A stretch of 64,000 bases of DNA from Escherichia coli O157:H7 (lineage in GTDB: Bacteria > Pseudomonadota > Gammaproteobacteria > Enterobacterales > Enterobacteriaceae): NCBI RefSeq assembly GCF_013167455.1, contig NZ_CP038328.1; one strand, given 5' to 3'. Of this stretch, positions 45,832 to 54,935 are shown piece after piece (position 1 is the first letter of the stretch; every line of letters begins with the position of its first letter). A program made the translations under genes and the position numbers. Under the pieces are notes generated by a model that saw only the letters and a list, made by a program, of their open reading frames with translations, ran no database searches and had not been told where the DNA came from.

Positions 45832-47508
45832 TTACTCCTTGTCCTGAATTTCCGGCAGTTGCCAGAAATCGAAAAAATTAAACCAGTCGAGAGGCGACTG
45901 GAGCGCGTAATGTTCCAGACGCGCGGCGTAATGATCGATAGCGTTTTGCAGCGCCTGTTGGCGTTCGCCGCGCGGCAGCTGCAGTGGGTCGGCAAAGCTT
46001 TCGCAGTGAATATGCAGCTTGCCGTGCTGGCGCAGGGCGAAAATCAGATTCACCGGGCAGCGCAAAATAGAGGCGAGAATAAACGGCCCCTGTGGGAAAG
46101 GCGCAGGCTGGCCCATAAACGAACTCCAGCAGACGCGCCAGTCGCCGCCGCGTTGCGGGTTGACGGCGATGCGGTCACCGACAATCGCCACCCATTCGCC
46201 GTTATCCAGCTTCTCTTTCAGCAGGATGGCGGTTTCTGGGCCGATATCTGTTACCGGCATCAGGTTAATGCCTGCCTGAGGAGCCATCTCCTGCATTATC
46301 TGTTTAAAGCGTTGGGCGTTTTCGCTAAACACCAGCGCGTTAATGGTTTTGTAGCCCTGAATTTTTGCCAGCGCCCGGCACACTTCCACATCGCCAAGAT
46401 GCGAGGCCAGCAGCAATTTGCCGCGCGGATCGCGGACGTCAAGCGCTGCTTCTGCGCCTGGCGCAAACAGCACATCACGCCCTGGTTGTAGCTCGCCGCG
46501 CCAGCTGGCGATTTTGTCGAGCATGGCATTACCGAAACGTAGAAAGTGCTGATAGCTGTTGAGTTTTGCCGCCTGTGGTTGATGCTGTCGTACACGGGCG
46601 AGCCAGTCTTGCGACGCTTTGCGCGCACGAGAAGCAGTGAGCCAGTAGACGCCCACCACCGGGTAAAGCAGCGCGCTAAACGCCGTTCTTCCCAGCAGAC
46701 GCCAGACCAGCAGCATCAGGCGCATTCCCCATAATCCTTTCACTTCACTCTGCCGCGCCCAGTGGCAGGAAGAGCGGCGCATCAGCAGTGAAGGAATACG
46801 CGGCAACATGCCGAAAAACAGACGCGTGTGCATGAGCGAGATGCGGACGTTATCTTTCAGGGCATCAAAATGCGAAAGCCCGTCCAGTGGATAGGTGACG
46901 CGGGTCGGCACGAAATAGCTGGTATTTCCCTGCCAGTAGAGGCGCACCATCACTTCGGTGTCGAAATCCATCCGCTTGCCGATGGTGGCGTGTTTTGCCA
47001 GTTGCAGCGTTGGCGCAACCGGATAAACGCGAAAACCGCACATGCTGTCTTTCAGTTGCAGGGAGAGCGTTTCGATCCATACCCAGACGTGGGTGACCCA
47101 GCGCCCGTAAAGCCGTGAGCGGGGGATGGAGTCATCGTAAATTGGCTGGCCGGAGATCAGTGCCGCAGGTTGTTGTTCAGCGAGAGCCAGCAGTTTAGGG
47201 ATATCTTCAATCGCGTGCTGACCGTCAGCATCCACCTGCACCGCATGGCTGAACCCTGCGTCTGCCGCTGCCTGTAAGCCACGCATCACCGCCGCGCCTT
47301 TGCCTGCGTTTTCTGCCAGGCGAATTAAGGTCACGCCAGGCTGTTCGGCAAGCAGACTGTCCAGTTGCTGTTGTGTGGTGGCATCGCTGCCGTCATCCAC
47401 CACAATACAGGGCAGATTAAATGGCTTAAGACGCGCCAGCACGCCCGGCATCATCGCGCCGTGGTTGTAGCAGGGTATCAACACGCAGGGAGAAAAGTTT
47501 ACCGACAT
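45832..47508 (-). CDS. Family-2 glycosyltransferase fused to a C-terminal acyltransferase-like domain (APE cluster)
   Basis: 558 aa; N-terminal GT-A fold motifs (VVDDGSD, VDADGQH); C-terminal half resembles lipid-A-type late acyltransferases. Confidence 0.65.
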   Translation of the reverse strand: MSVNFSPCVLIPCYNHGAMMPGVLARLKPFNLPCIVVDDGSDATTQQQLDSLLAEQPGVTLIRLAENAGKGAAVMRGLQAAADAGFSHAVQVDADGQHAIEDIPKLLALAEQQPAALISGQPIYDDSIPRSRLYGRWVTHVWVWIETLSLQLKDSMCGFRVYPVAPTLQLAKHATIGKRMDFDTEVMVRLYWQGNTSYFVPTRVTYPLDGLSHFDALKDNVRISLMHTRLFFGMLPRIPSLLMRRSSCHWARQSEVKGLWGMRLMLLVWRLLGRTAFSALLYPVVGVYWLTASRARKASQDWLARVRQHQPQAAKLNSYQHFLRFGNAMLDKIASWRGELQPGRDVLFAPGAEAALDVRDPRGKLLLASHLGDVEVCRALAKIQGYKTINALVFSENAQRFKQIMQEMAPQAGINLMPVTDIGPETAILLKEKLDNGEWVAIVGDRIAVNPQRGGDWRVCWSSFMGQPAPFPQGPFILASILRCPVNLIFALRQHGKLHIHCESFADPLQLPRGERQQALQNAIDHYAARLEHYALQSPLDWFNFFDFWQLPEIQDKE

Positions 47509-47852
47509 AGGCGGATCTTCCCGCTACTGGCGGTGTGGCGGGCGTCACCGTCGTGACGCTGATAGCTAAAGCTCAGAATCTGGCGTTCTTCCTGCCAGTT
47601 AAGCGCGAGCGTGACGCGGTTTTCCGGCAGCAACGGAGACTGGAATTTTATGTTCTGAATGGAGTGAAAACGCCAGCCAGGCGCGAGCAGATTGAGCGCG
47701 TAGCTCATCGCCCAGTCGATTTGCGCAACTCCTGGGAGTAATGGTTGCACGGCAAAATGACCGCGAAACCAGAACAGATCCGCCCTGAGATGCAGAACAA
47801 TTTCAAGGTGATTCGTTTGTGCCTGATGGCGCTCGATTTCATGGGGCTTCAT
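47499..47852 (-). CDS. Hot-dog dehydratase, FabA-like (APE cluster)
   Basis: ORF frame 47499..47882; internal Met at 47852 preferred (14-nt overlap with the upstream gene), 47882 possible. Confidence 0.6.
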   Translation of the reverse strand: MKPHEIERHQAQTNHLEIVLHLRADLFWFRGHFAVQPLLPGVAQIDWAMSYALNLLAPGWRFHSIQNIKFQSPLLPENRVTLALNWQEERQILSFSYQRHDGDARHTASSGKIRLCR

Positions 47853-49200
47853 GAAATAACTCCTGTAATTGCGCATAGACACGCTTGTTCATACTGTTTA
47901 CTGGCATTTCATCAATAACGCGCCAGTAACGCGGAATAGCAACTGGCTCCAGCGTCGGGCGCAGTAAACGCCGCCAGGTCATTTCCTGGCTATGCCCGCC
48001 GCCGTTCTGCCATTGCAGATGAGCTTCGTCATCCAGCACCAGCAAAACGCCTATGCTCTGACGCCCGCCGCGCGTAACGGGAACTGCCGCCGCCTCGCGA
48101 ATGCCGTCCAGCGCCAGTAGACGTTGTTCTACTTCCTGGAGTGAAATACGTTTTTCTTCAATCTTAACGATGCGCCCACGACGCCCCATCAGATGGAACT
48201 GACCATCTTCGCTAAACTGTAAGATATCGTCGAGTAACATGCCGTTATCTTCCGCTATCAGCGGTGAAAAGAGGCGAAAGGCATCGCCTTCGGCCTGGAA
48301 CTGCATACCTGGGAGGGGTAGCCAGCGGCGTTGCTCTTGTTCGCGGTAGCGCCAGGCGATGACGCCAGTTTCCGTGCTGCCGTAGATTTCATCAGGCCAG
48401 ACGCGCAGCCAGCTCGCGGTATGTTGTACATCCTGCCACGGCAGCTCACCGCCAGCAGAGAGAAGCACCTGAACGGGTGGCGGAGAAAGCTGGGTATCCA
48501 GGCGCTTCAAAAATGCCGGGCTGCTGATGAAGATATAGCGATGCTGATGACTCAACGCGGCAAACTGTTCGACATACCAGAGCATGGCGGCGTGCAGCGG
48601 TAATCCCAACGCCATGGGCAGGAAAACGCGAAAAGTCAGGCCGTACAAATGCTGCGGCAATACGGAACCGACGACACGACAACCCGCCAGACGTGCGCCT
48701 AATCGTTCAGCCAGCAGTTCTGCTTCACGATCCAGCAAATGAACAGGTTTAATCGCCCGTTTCGGCTGTCCCGTGGAACCGGAGGTAAACAGCTCGATAA
48801 AAGCCTCTGGCGCTATAGCGGCAAAGGTGAAGGATTGTGTCGCGATTTGTGGAGAACTTGCTACCAACAGCAATGAACCTTGCCAGTTAAGTTCGCTGTC
48901 GCTAAGCACACCATCAAAAAGTTCACGTTGCTCGTTAAGCTGGATAACACGGTTATGCCCCGGAAGCACCGGCGTTTTTCCGGCGTGTAGCGTGGCGAGC
49001 AGGGCAACGATAAACAGATAGCTGTTCTCAAAGCACAGCGCCCAGCGTTCACCCGGCTGTTGCTGCAAGCGGCAGATAAGTTGCGCGACATCGTGACGCA
49101 AATCGCCCAGCGTCCAGGTACTTTCGTTCAGCCACGCAATGGGTGTGTCATCAGGGCGTGGCGCAGTCAGCCAGCGTGCAAGCGGTAAGGTCTGCTTCAT
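47839..49200 (-). CDS. AMP-dependent synthetase/ligase (acyl/aryl-carrier-protein ligase) (APE cluster)
   Basis: ORF frame 47839..49239; Met at 49200 gives an ATGA overlap with the upstream gene; adenylate-forming motifs TSGSTGQPK and YGSTETG. Confidence 0.8.
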   Translation of the reverse strand: MKQTLPLARWLTAPRPDDTPIAWLNESTWTLGDLRHDVAQLICRLQQQPGERWALCFENSYLFIVALLATLHAGKTPVLPGHNRVIQLNEQRELFDGVLSDSELNWQGSLLLVASSPQIATQSFTFAAIAPEAFIELFTSGSTGQPKRAIKPVHLLDREAELLAERLGARLAGCRVVGSVLPQHLYGLTFRVFLPMALGLPLHAAMLWYVEQFAALSHQHRYIFISSPAFLKRLDTQLSPPPVQVLLSAGGELPWQDVQHTASWLRVWPDEIYGSTETGVIAWRYREQEQRRWLPLPGMQFQAEGDAFRLFSPLIAEDNGMLLDDILQFSEDGQFHLMGRRGRIVKIEEKRISLQEVEQRLLALDGIREAAAVPVTRGGRQSIGVLLVLDDEAHLQWQNGGGHSQEMTWRRLLRPTLEPVAIPRYWRVIDEMPVNSMNKRVYAQLQELFHEAP

Positions 49201-49778
49201 GCGCGATCTCTTTTCATCACCTGACGGCGCAGCAGCCATTCACCAGCCATTAACGTCCCCATCAACAAATAAGCAATCATGCCGTTCCAGGCGGTCCATA
49301 ACGACATATCGGCATAAAGCGCGGTAAAGAGGGCAATTCCACCGTTAATGATGAAAAAGCCGCACCAGATTTGCGTGACGTGGCGGGTATAGCGCACGCC
49401 CTTTTCCGGGAGGTCTGGCTCCTGCAACCGCGCCAGCCGCTCAACTATCGGCATTGCCGACCACAGCGAACCGCCAAAAACCGCCAGCATGACCGCGTTA
49501 ACCACTACCGGGTAAAACAGCAGTAGCTGGTGCGTTTTCAACATAAAGCTGGCGACACATAATGCGATGCCCACGACAGCGACGAGTTGCGTGACGGCTT
49601 GTAAAGGCCCCGCCTGGCGACGGGTCTGGCGCAGACGCAACAAAAGCAGCAACGCCATTAGCGGTAACAGCCAGTGCAGGCCGTTATGCGCTAAGCCAAA
49701 CCAAATCACAAACGGCCAGGCGAGCAGCAATAATCCAGTCAGCAGCTTAATCATCGGTAGCGAGCGAATGCCCGACAT
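49197..49778 (-). CDS. Integral membrane protein of unknown function (APE cluster)
   Basis: 193 aa; about 5 predicted TM helices. Confidence 0.6.
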   Translation of the reverse strand: MSGIRSLPMIKLLTGLLLLAWPFVIWFGLAHNGLHWLLPLMALLLLLRLRQTRRQAGPLQAVTQLVAVVGIALCVASFMLKTHQLLLFYPVVVNAVMLAVFGGSLWSAMPIVERLARLQEPDLPEKGVRYTRHVTQIWCGFFIINGGIALFTALYADMSLWTAWNGMIAYLLMGTLMAGEWLLRRQVMKRDRA

Positions 49779-49782
49779 CAGA

Positions 49783-50034
49783 TCAGGCTTCTTGTAGCAG
49801 GCGTTCTACAGCCTCGACGACATCCTGGACTGTACGCACTGCTTTAAACTCTTCCGGCTTGATTTTCTTACCGGTTTTCTTTTGCAGGTGCACAATCATG
49901 TCAACGGCGTCGATGCTGTCCAGTTCCAGATCTTCGTACAGGCGCGTTTCAGGTTTGATGTCCTGCGGATCGATTTCAAACAGCTTAACCAGCAGGGCTG
50001 AGACTTCCTGATAGACGGTTTGTTGTTCTGTCAT
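49783..50034 (-). CDS. Acyl carrier protein (APE cluster)
   Basis: 83 aa; phosphopantetheine-attachment motif LELDSIDAVDM. Confidence 0.85.
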   Translation of the reverse strand: MTEQQTVYQEVSALLVKLFEIDPQDIKPETRLYEDLELDSIDAVDMIVHLQKKTGKKIKPEEFKAVRTVQDVVEAVERLLQEA

Positions 50035-50045
50035 GATGGCTTTCC

Positions 50046-50303
50046 TCAGGCACGTTGCGCAGCAATGAAAGAGGCCAGAGTGGCGACGGAGAAAAAGTGC
50101 TGACGCATCTCTTCGCTTTCCGCAGAGAGCACGATGCCGTACTCATTTTTTACTGCCAGTCCCAGTTCCAGGGCATCGATAGAGTCCAGCCCTAAACCGT
50201 CGCCAAACAGCGGCGCGTCGGTATCGATATCATCAGGCGTCAACTCGTCCAGATTGAGGGTGCTGATGATGAGGTTTTTAATTTCCAGATAAAGCGCTTG
50301 CAT
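50046..50303 (-). CDS. Acyl carrier protein (APE cluster)
   Basis: 85 aa; motif LGLDSIDALEL. Confidence 0.85.
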   Translation of the reverse strand: MQALYLEIKNLIISTLNLDELTPDDIDTDAPLFGDGLGLDSIDALELGLAVKNEYGIVLSAESEEMRQHFFSVATLASFIAAQRA

Positions 50304-51099
50304 TATTTATTCCTGAGAGAGGTAAACAACCTTGTTGTAATTGAAGCAAAAGATGCCGGTTTAACTGCCTTGCTGCCAGCGCCGGTTCTTGTGAAGTTGC
50401 ATCGTAAAATTTATTGATTTCAACCCGACCATGGACTGCAACCGTAAAAAACGGCCGGTCAGGTGGAACGTCATACCATTTACTTTGTTTATCCAGCAGA
50501 TGCTCGCTACAGCCGATTGTCACGATGCGTAAATCGCTGGCGCAGCGCACGGCAATATTCGCCGCCCCGCGCTGCAGCGTCATTTTTTCACCGGGCTTCG
50601 TTCGTGTGCCTTCGGGGAAAATCAGGATAGTGTCACCCTGTGCCAGTCGCTGTTGGCAGCGGGGTAACAGAGTTTCAGCTTCGCTGTTGATTAAATAATC
50701 TGTCGCCCGCACGACGCCGCCAAGAAAAGGATTTTTTAACAGCGCGCTTTTCACCAGGCAGTCAGTTTCTGGCATGACTGACGCCAGCAGCACGTAATCG
50801 ATCAGCGTGGGATGATTGGCTACGACGAGGCAACCGCGTTCCTGATGTAAGATTTCAGCGCCATCAATACGATAATCCAGTACGCCAAGCCCTTTCGCGA
50901 CAGTTAAAAACAGGCGAAAACTGGCGGCAATGCTGCGACGCGCCAAACGACGGCGGCGGGAAGTATCCCACACCAAAACTAACAATATGTTAAACCACAC
51001 GACAGAAAGCAGCAGGCCGCCGAGACCAAACAGGGCAAAACATAACCCGGTCATGACCAGTCGCCAGGTCCACTCCAGACGTGACATCAGCTTACTCAT
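50278..51099 (-). CDS. Lysophospholipid (1-acyl-sn-glycerol-3-phosphate-type) acyltransferase (APE cluster)
   Basis: ORF frame 50278..51117; Met at 51099 gives an ATGA overlap with the upstream gene; acyltransferase motifs VVANHPTLIDY and FPEGTRT. Confidence 0.75.
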   Translation of the reverse strand: MSKLMSRLEWTWRLVMTGLCFALFGLGGLLLSVVWFNILLVLVWDTSRRRRLARRSIAASFRLFLTVAKGLGVLDYRIDGAEILHQERGCLVVANHPTLIDYVLLASVMPETDCLVKSALLKNPFLGGVVRATDYLINSEAETLLPRCQQRLAQGDTILIFPEGTRTKPGEKMTLQRGAANIAVRCASDLRIVTIGCSEHLLDKQSKWYDVPPDRPFFTVAVHGRVEINKFYDATSQEPALAARQLNRHLLLQLQQGCLPLSGINNASALSGN

Positions 51100-51842
51100 C
51101 TGTGGCTCCAGCGCCATTGCACGCGCTCGCCAGGCAGTGAAAATGTGTCTACATTTTGTAAATAGTGCTGTAAAAACAACATGCTTTGCGGCAGTGTTGT
51201 TTCATTGCCCGCAATGGCTGACTGCGTTTCACATTGCCAGTCATCGCCAGCTTCAATCACCAGCGCGACGGCGTACGGCCAGGTCGGCATTTCTGATGGC
51301 AGTTGTGGGTGATAAAACTCGGGCAGGAAACCGTCAAAATCGACCATCAGCACGCGCTGGTATCCCGCTTGTAGCAGGCTAAGCACTTCACACAAACCTT
51401 GCTGGAAACTATCGCGACCAGCCGAAAGCGATGACGAAACGCTCGGCTGTTTGGCCGCAATGGTCAGGTTACCCACGGAAGAGTTGTGTACGGAGAGCGC
51501 GAAGTCCGTCGGAGAAAGCGCCTGTTCGGTTGCCAGTGCATGAACAATGCGGTAATTGCGCTCCAGTTCGCCATGACGACTGGTATACAAAACGGCGTCT
51601 GGTTGATGGCGGCGTAGCATTGCCAGACCGCATTCAACAGCCAGTTTGCTCCCGGAGCTGAGGCGGCGGGCGGTCATCATTGGCAGTTCACTTAATTTTG
51701 CCAACGGTGCTGTCGGGTCAATTGCCTGAGGCTGACGTGACCACTCCTGCCATTGCAGCGTTTCACTAAGTCCAGGCGCTCTTGCCTGCCAGTCGAGAAT
51801 GTTTAATGCAAATTTCATCAACGCGCGCCCGCGGTAAACCAA
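51096..51842 (-). CDS. Ketosynthase-like partner / chain-length-factor-like protein (APE cluster)
   Basis: 248 aa; thiolase-like N-terminal region without an obvious active-site Cys motif. Confidence 0.55.
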   Translation of the reverse strand: MVYRGRALMKFALNILDWQARAPGLSETLQWQEWSRQPQAIDPTAPLAKLSELPMMTARRLSSGSKLAVECGLAMLRRHQPDAVLYTSRHGELERNYRIVHALATEQALSPTDFALSVHNSSVGNLTIAAKQPSVSSSLSAGRDSFQQGLCEVLSLLQAGYQRVLMVDFDGFLPEFYHPQLPSEMPTWPYAVALVIEAGDDWQCETQSAIAGNETTLPQSMLFLQHYLQNVDTFSLPGERVQWRWSHR

Positions 51843-51858
51843 AATTATTAAGTGACGA

Positions 51859-52926
51859 TTATTTCTTTTGGCATATCAAAAGTGTATGCCCAACGCCTAA
51901 ATTATCGTGGCGCTCTGCTACCTGGAATCCTGCTTTATTCAGATAGTCGTAAAATTTCTCTGCACTATAGAAACGGCTGTTACCGTTTGCCATGCAGGTA
52001 AAATAAAGTGAGGACGCGTTCAGGCTAAACGATGCTGCTTCAAACCGCTGCGCATCCCAGAACAACTCCATGATGCAAACTTTTGCGCCAGGCTTCATTA
52101 CGCTGGCAATTTTGCTGAGTATGCTAATTATTTGTTCGGGTGAAAAACAGTCTAAAAATTGGCTCATCCACCAGATATCAGCCTCGCCCGGTAATGGGGC
52201 ATCGCTTAGCATATCCACCGCATGGAAATCTATGCGATCAGAAAAACCTGCATTCGCGATATTTTCTTTCGCTAGTACGATTTGTTGTGGCAGATCTAAT
52301 AACGTAACGGCGATGTTTTCATTGTATTTGCAGCAACGCAAAGCCCACTTACCCGTATTGCCGCCTACATCGTACAATGTTGTGGGGTTGTTGGCGAATA
52401 CATAAGGCAGTGCGGCGTTAAATGCGCCATCTGAATAGTAATGATCAAACGCAAACCAGCTTTCACGAGCGGCGTCTGGTAATTGCGAAAGTGCCGGATA
52501 TATCGTCGACCAGTCGCCAAATACTTTTAACCCGGAAGGTTTTCCTTCATTGAGTGAATCGGCGAGGAAGAAGAGCCCCTGGTAACAGACATCCTGGGTG
52601 AAATCCATATTCACGCGAGTCATAGTGTCATGCAGGAGGTAATGACCGATTTTCGCCAGGTAATAAATTCCCTCTTTACAGGTAATAATTCGCCCGCTTA
52701 AGCCCATATCTAACAGAACGCTGGTAGCATATTCGTTGATATGGCTATGTTCGGTGATATCAGCCAGCGTTGCGCCATGTTTGCCTTGCCGATCCAGATA
52801 TGAAAGTACACCCGCATTACGTAGGCAGAGTGCTGTTTGAAAAAGCATAGGGGCAAAGGCAATGCGTTGAGCTTCGGTAATCGCATCCAGTGCGCTAAGA
52901 GAATCCTGTTCGTACATGTTGGGCAC
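51859..52926 (-). CDS. SAM-dependent O-methyltransferase (APE cluster)
   Basis: 355 aa; class I SAM-binding motif DVGGNTGKWA; N-terminal dimerisation-like region. Confidence 0.75.
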   Translation of the reverse strand: MPNMYEQDSLSALDAITEAQRIAFAPMLFQTALCLRNAGVLSYLDRQGKHGATLADITEHSHINEYATSVLLDMGLSGRIITCKEGIYYLAKIGHYLLHDTMTRVNMDFTQDVCYQGLFFLADSLNEGKPSGLKVFGDWSTIYPALSQLPDAARESWFAFDHYYSDGAFNAALPYVFANNPTTLYDVGGNTGKWALRCCKYNENIAVTLLDLPQQIVLAKENIANAGFSDRIDFHAVDMLSDAPLPGEADIWWMSQFLDCFSPEQIISILSKIASVMKPGAKVCIMELFWDAQRFEAASFSLNASSLYFTCMANGNSRFYSAEKFYDYLNKAGFQVAERHDNLGVGHTLLICQKK

Positions 52927-52985
52927 AACCTGTTAAGAGGGAATTAAATTATTATCGGACCGCAACGGCCCGACTTTAGGAAGAA

Positions 52986-53363
52986 TTATAAATCTGCGCC
53001 CGCTGACAAATTCAGTTGAATATCTTTGTCGAGATTGCGGACCCAGCGATTGTAGTTTTTATGAATTTGTCCGCCTGACGCTTGTAGGTTCTGGCTATTT
53101 TCATAATTGATATCGTAGCTGGATGCCGTGTAGTTAATGCGTATTTCCGCTGAATGATCGCGTGACTGTTGACGTGCTTTAATTATGCCTTGTCCGGCTT
53201 CGGACATAATCCATTTGCGTTCAACGCCAGCTTTCAGAATCGCTTTTTTCACTTGTTCCTGGGTATGACCAGCGCTGACGGTTGAGTGAACCTGATCAAT
53301 TGGCGCAGTACGCGCGCAACCTGCTAAAGCACCCACAACAGCAATAGCCGCAAACCATTTCAT
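52986..53363 (-). CDS. Small lipoprotein of unknown function at the edge of the APE island
   Basis: ORF frame 52986..53375; start likely Met 53363 (MKWFAAIAVVGALAGC...), lipobox LAGC. Confidence 0.55.
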   Translation of the reverse strand: MKWFAAIAVVGALAGCARTAPIDQVHSTVSAGHTQEQVKKAILKAGVERKWIMSEAGQGIIKARQQSRDHSAEIRINYTASSYDINYENSQNLQASGGQIHKNYNRWVRNLDKDIQLNLSAGADL

Positions 53364-53708
53364 GTAATGTCTCATTAGAACCCCATTAAAGTATTGTTTT
53401 TACGAGTAAAGCAAGTTTTAACTGTAATTGCTGGCATCACTATTCTTTATTTAGAGAAAAAATTACTTGTGAGATAAGTCAGTAAGTGCACATCAGAGTA
53501 AAAATCTCTGAAATGACTAAATTACTGCCAGCAGGGACCAACTATAAGTGAGTGAGAAAAATGAGGCAATAAAAATAACACAATGTTATCAGTGCATTCT
53601 TTGAGAAGGATTTAATCGCTATTCGGCGTTTATATATATTTGACTTAAGGAATGGTTTTTTTAAATTAATTTTCTGAATAATGTTTCATCATTTCCTCAA
53701 ATCAAATG

Positions 53709-53741
53709 GCCACTGTTAGATAAACGGTGGCCATTGCCTGC
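53709..53741 (-). terminator. Hairpin just downstream of yhhT
   Basis: aaatggccactgttagataaacggtggccattgcc: stem tggccac / gtggcca. Confidence 0.5.
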
Positions 53742-53754
53742 TCAGGAGGTGCTA

Positions 53755-54804
53755 TTAACCCGGTAACCGACTTTTCGGTCTGCCCGGCCCCAGTAAAATC
53801 GCCAGTTTGCTGCCGCCTTTCGTCGTTTCCATCCAGATTTTACACACGCTGGTTAATGGCACCGAAAGTAGCATCCCTACCGGGCCGAGCAGCCATCCCC
53901 AAATTAACAATGAAAGAAATACCACCATGGTGGACATCCCCAGGCGATGGCCCATCATCCGTGGTTCTAAAATATTGCCGATGACCATATGGACCACTAA
54001 AAACAATGCGCCGACCAGAATACATTCGTAAACACCATTAAACAGCAGCACCTGAATCATTGGCGGTACGGCGGAAATTACCGCGCCGATATTGGGCACG
54101 TAGTTAAGCAAAAACGCCAGTACTGCCCACATCAGCGCAAACTGTACCCCCATCAGCTCCAGCCCCAGCCAGACGATGACACCCGTCCATAAACTGAGTA
54201 GCGTCTTTAACGCCAGATAATGCGAAACGCCTTTAAGTGCGCGGTGTAATCCCGCGATGTGAATCTGTGGGTTATTCAGCGCAAAACGCATTTTGTAAGG
54301 GACGTGGCGCACTTCAAACAGCATAAAAACTACGGTCATCACCAGCAAAAGCACGCTCGCCATTGCCCCGGAAAGCCCGGTCATTAGCGCTGTGGTGAAG
54401 GTAACCACTTTTTCCGAGTCCATCCGCTGCAGCATTCGCTCCGGCGACATATGCAAATTAAGAAAAGGCAACATCTCCTGCAATTTAAAAAGTTTGCGCG
54501 TCAGCTCCTTATTAAACTTCGGCAGCATAGAGATAAATTCGTTAAACGATGCCGCCAGTACGCCGACCAGCGCGGTTAGTGCGATCAGCATCACCACCAC
54601 TACAATCGTAATGGCAACGGGGCGTTGTACTCCCCGACGAATAAACCAGGTGACGAGCGGGTTGAGGACGATGGCAAAAAACAGCGCCAGTAACAGCTGC
54701 ACAATGATATCTGCCGCTGCGTGAATGCCCGCGAGGATCACTACCAGCGAGGCCAGCTTGAGCAGAATGTGCATGCCCGTTTTATCGGGTTGAGGGGTTT
54801 CCAT
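53755..54804 (-). CDS. yhhT: AI-2E (PerM/YdiK) family transporter
   Basis: ORF frame 53755..54885; start at internal ATG 54804 (METPQPDKTGMHILLK...), giving 349 aa. Confidence 0.85.
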   Translation of the reverse strand: METPQPDKTGMHILLKLASLVVILAGIHAAADIIVQLLLALFFAIVLNPLVTWFIRRGVQRPVAITIVVVVMLIALTALVGVLAASFNEFISMLPKFNKELTRKLFKLQEMLPFLNLHMSPERMLQRMDSEKVVTFTTALMTGLSGAMASVLLLVMTVVFMLFEVRHVPYKMRFALNNPQIHIAGLHRALKGVSHYLALKTLLSLWTGVIVWLGLELMGVQFALMWAVLAFLLNYVPNIGAVISAVPPMIQVLLFNGVYECILVGALFLVVHMVIGNILEPRMMGHRLGMSTMVVFLSLLIWGWLLGPVGMLLSVPLTSVCKIWMETTKGGSKLAILLGPGRPKSRLPG

Positions 54805-54935
54805 TGGGGCTTCCTTGTGACTTTTTGTATTAAGTGTAGCGGGAGTCACGACGGCAATATTCTGATTCTTACTGCTGATTTTCACGTCAGCACGTGGTAA
54901 AAATGAAACACTGTTGTAAAAATGTGGTGATCCTC

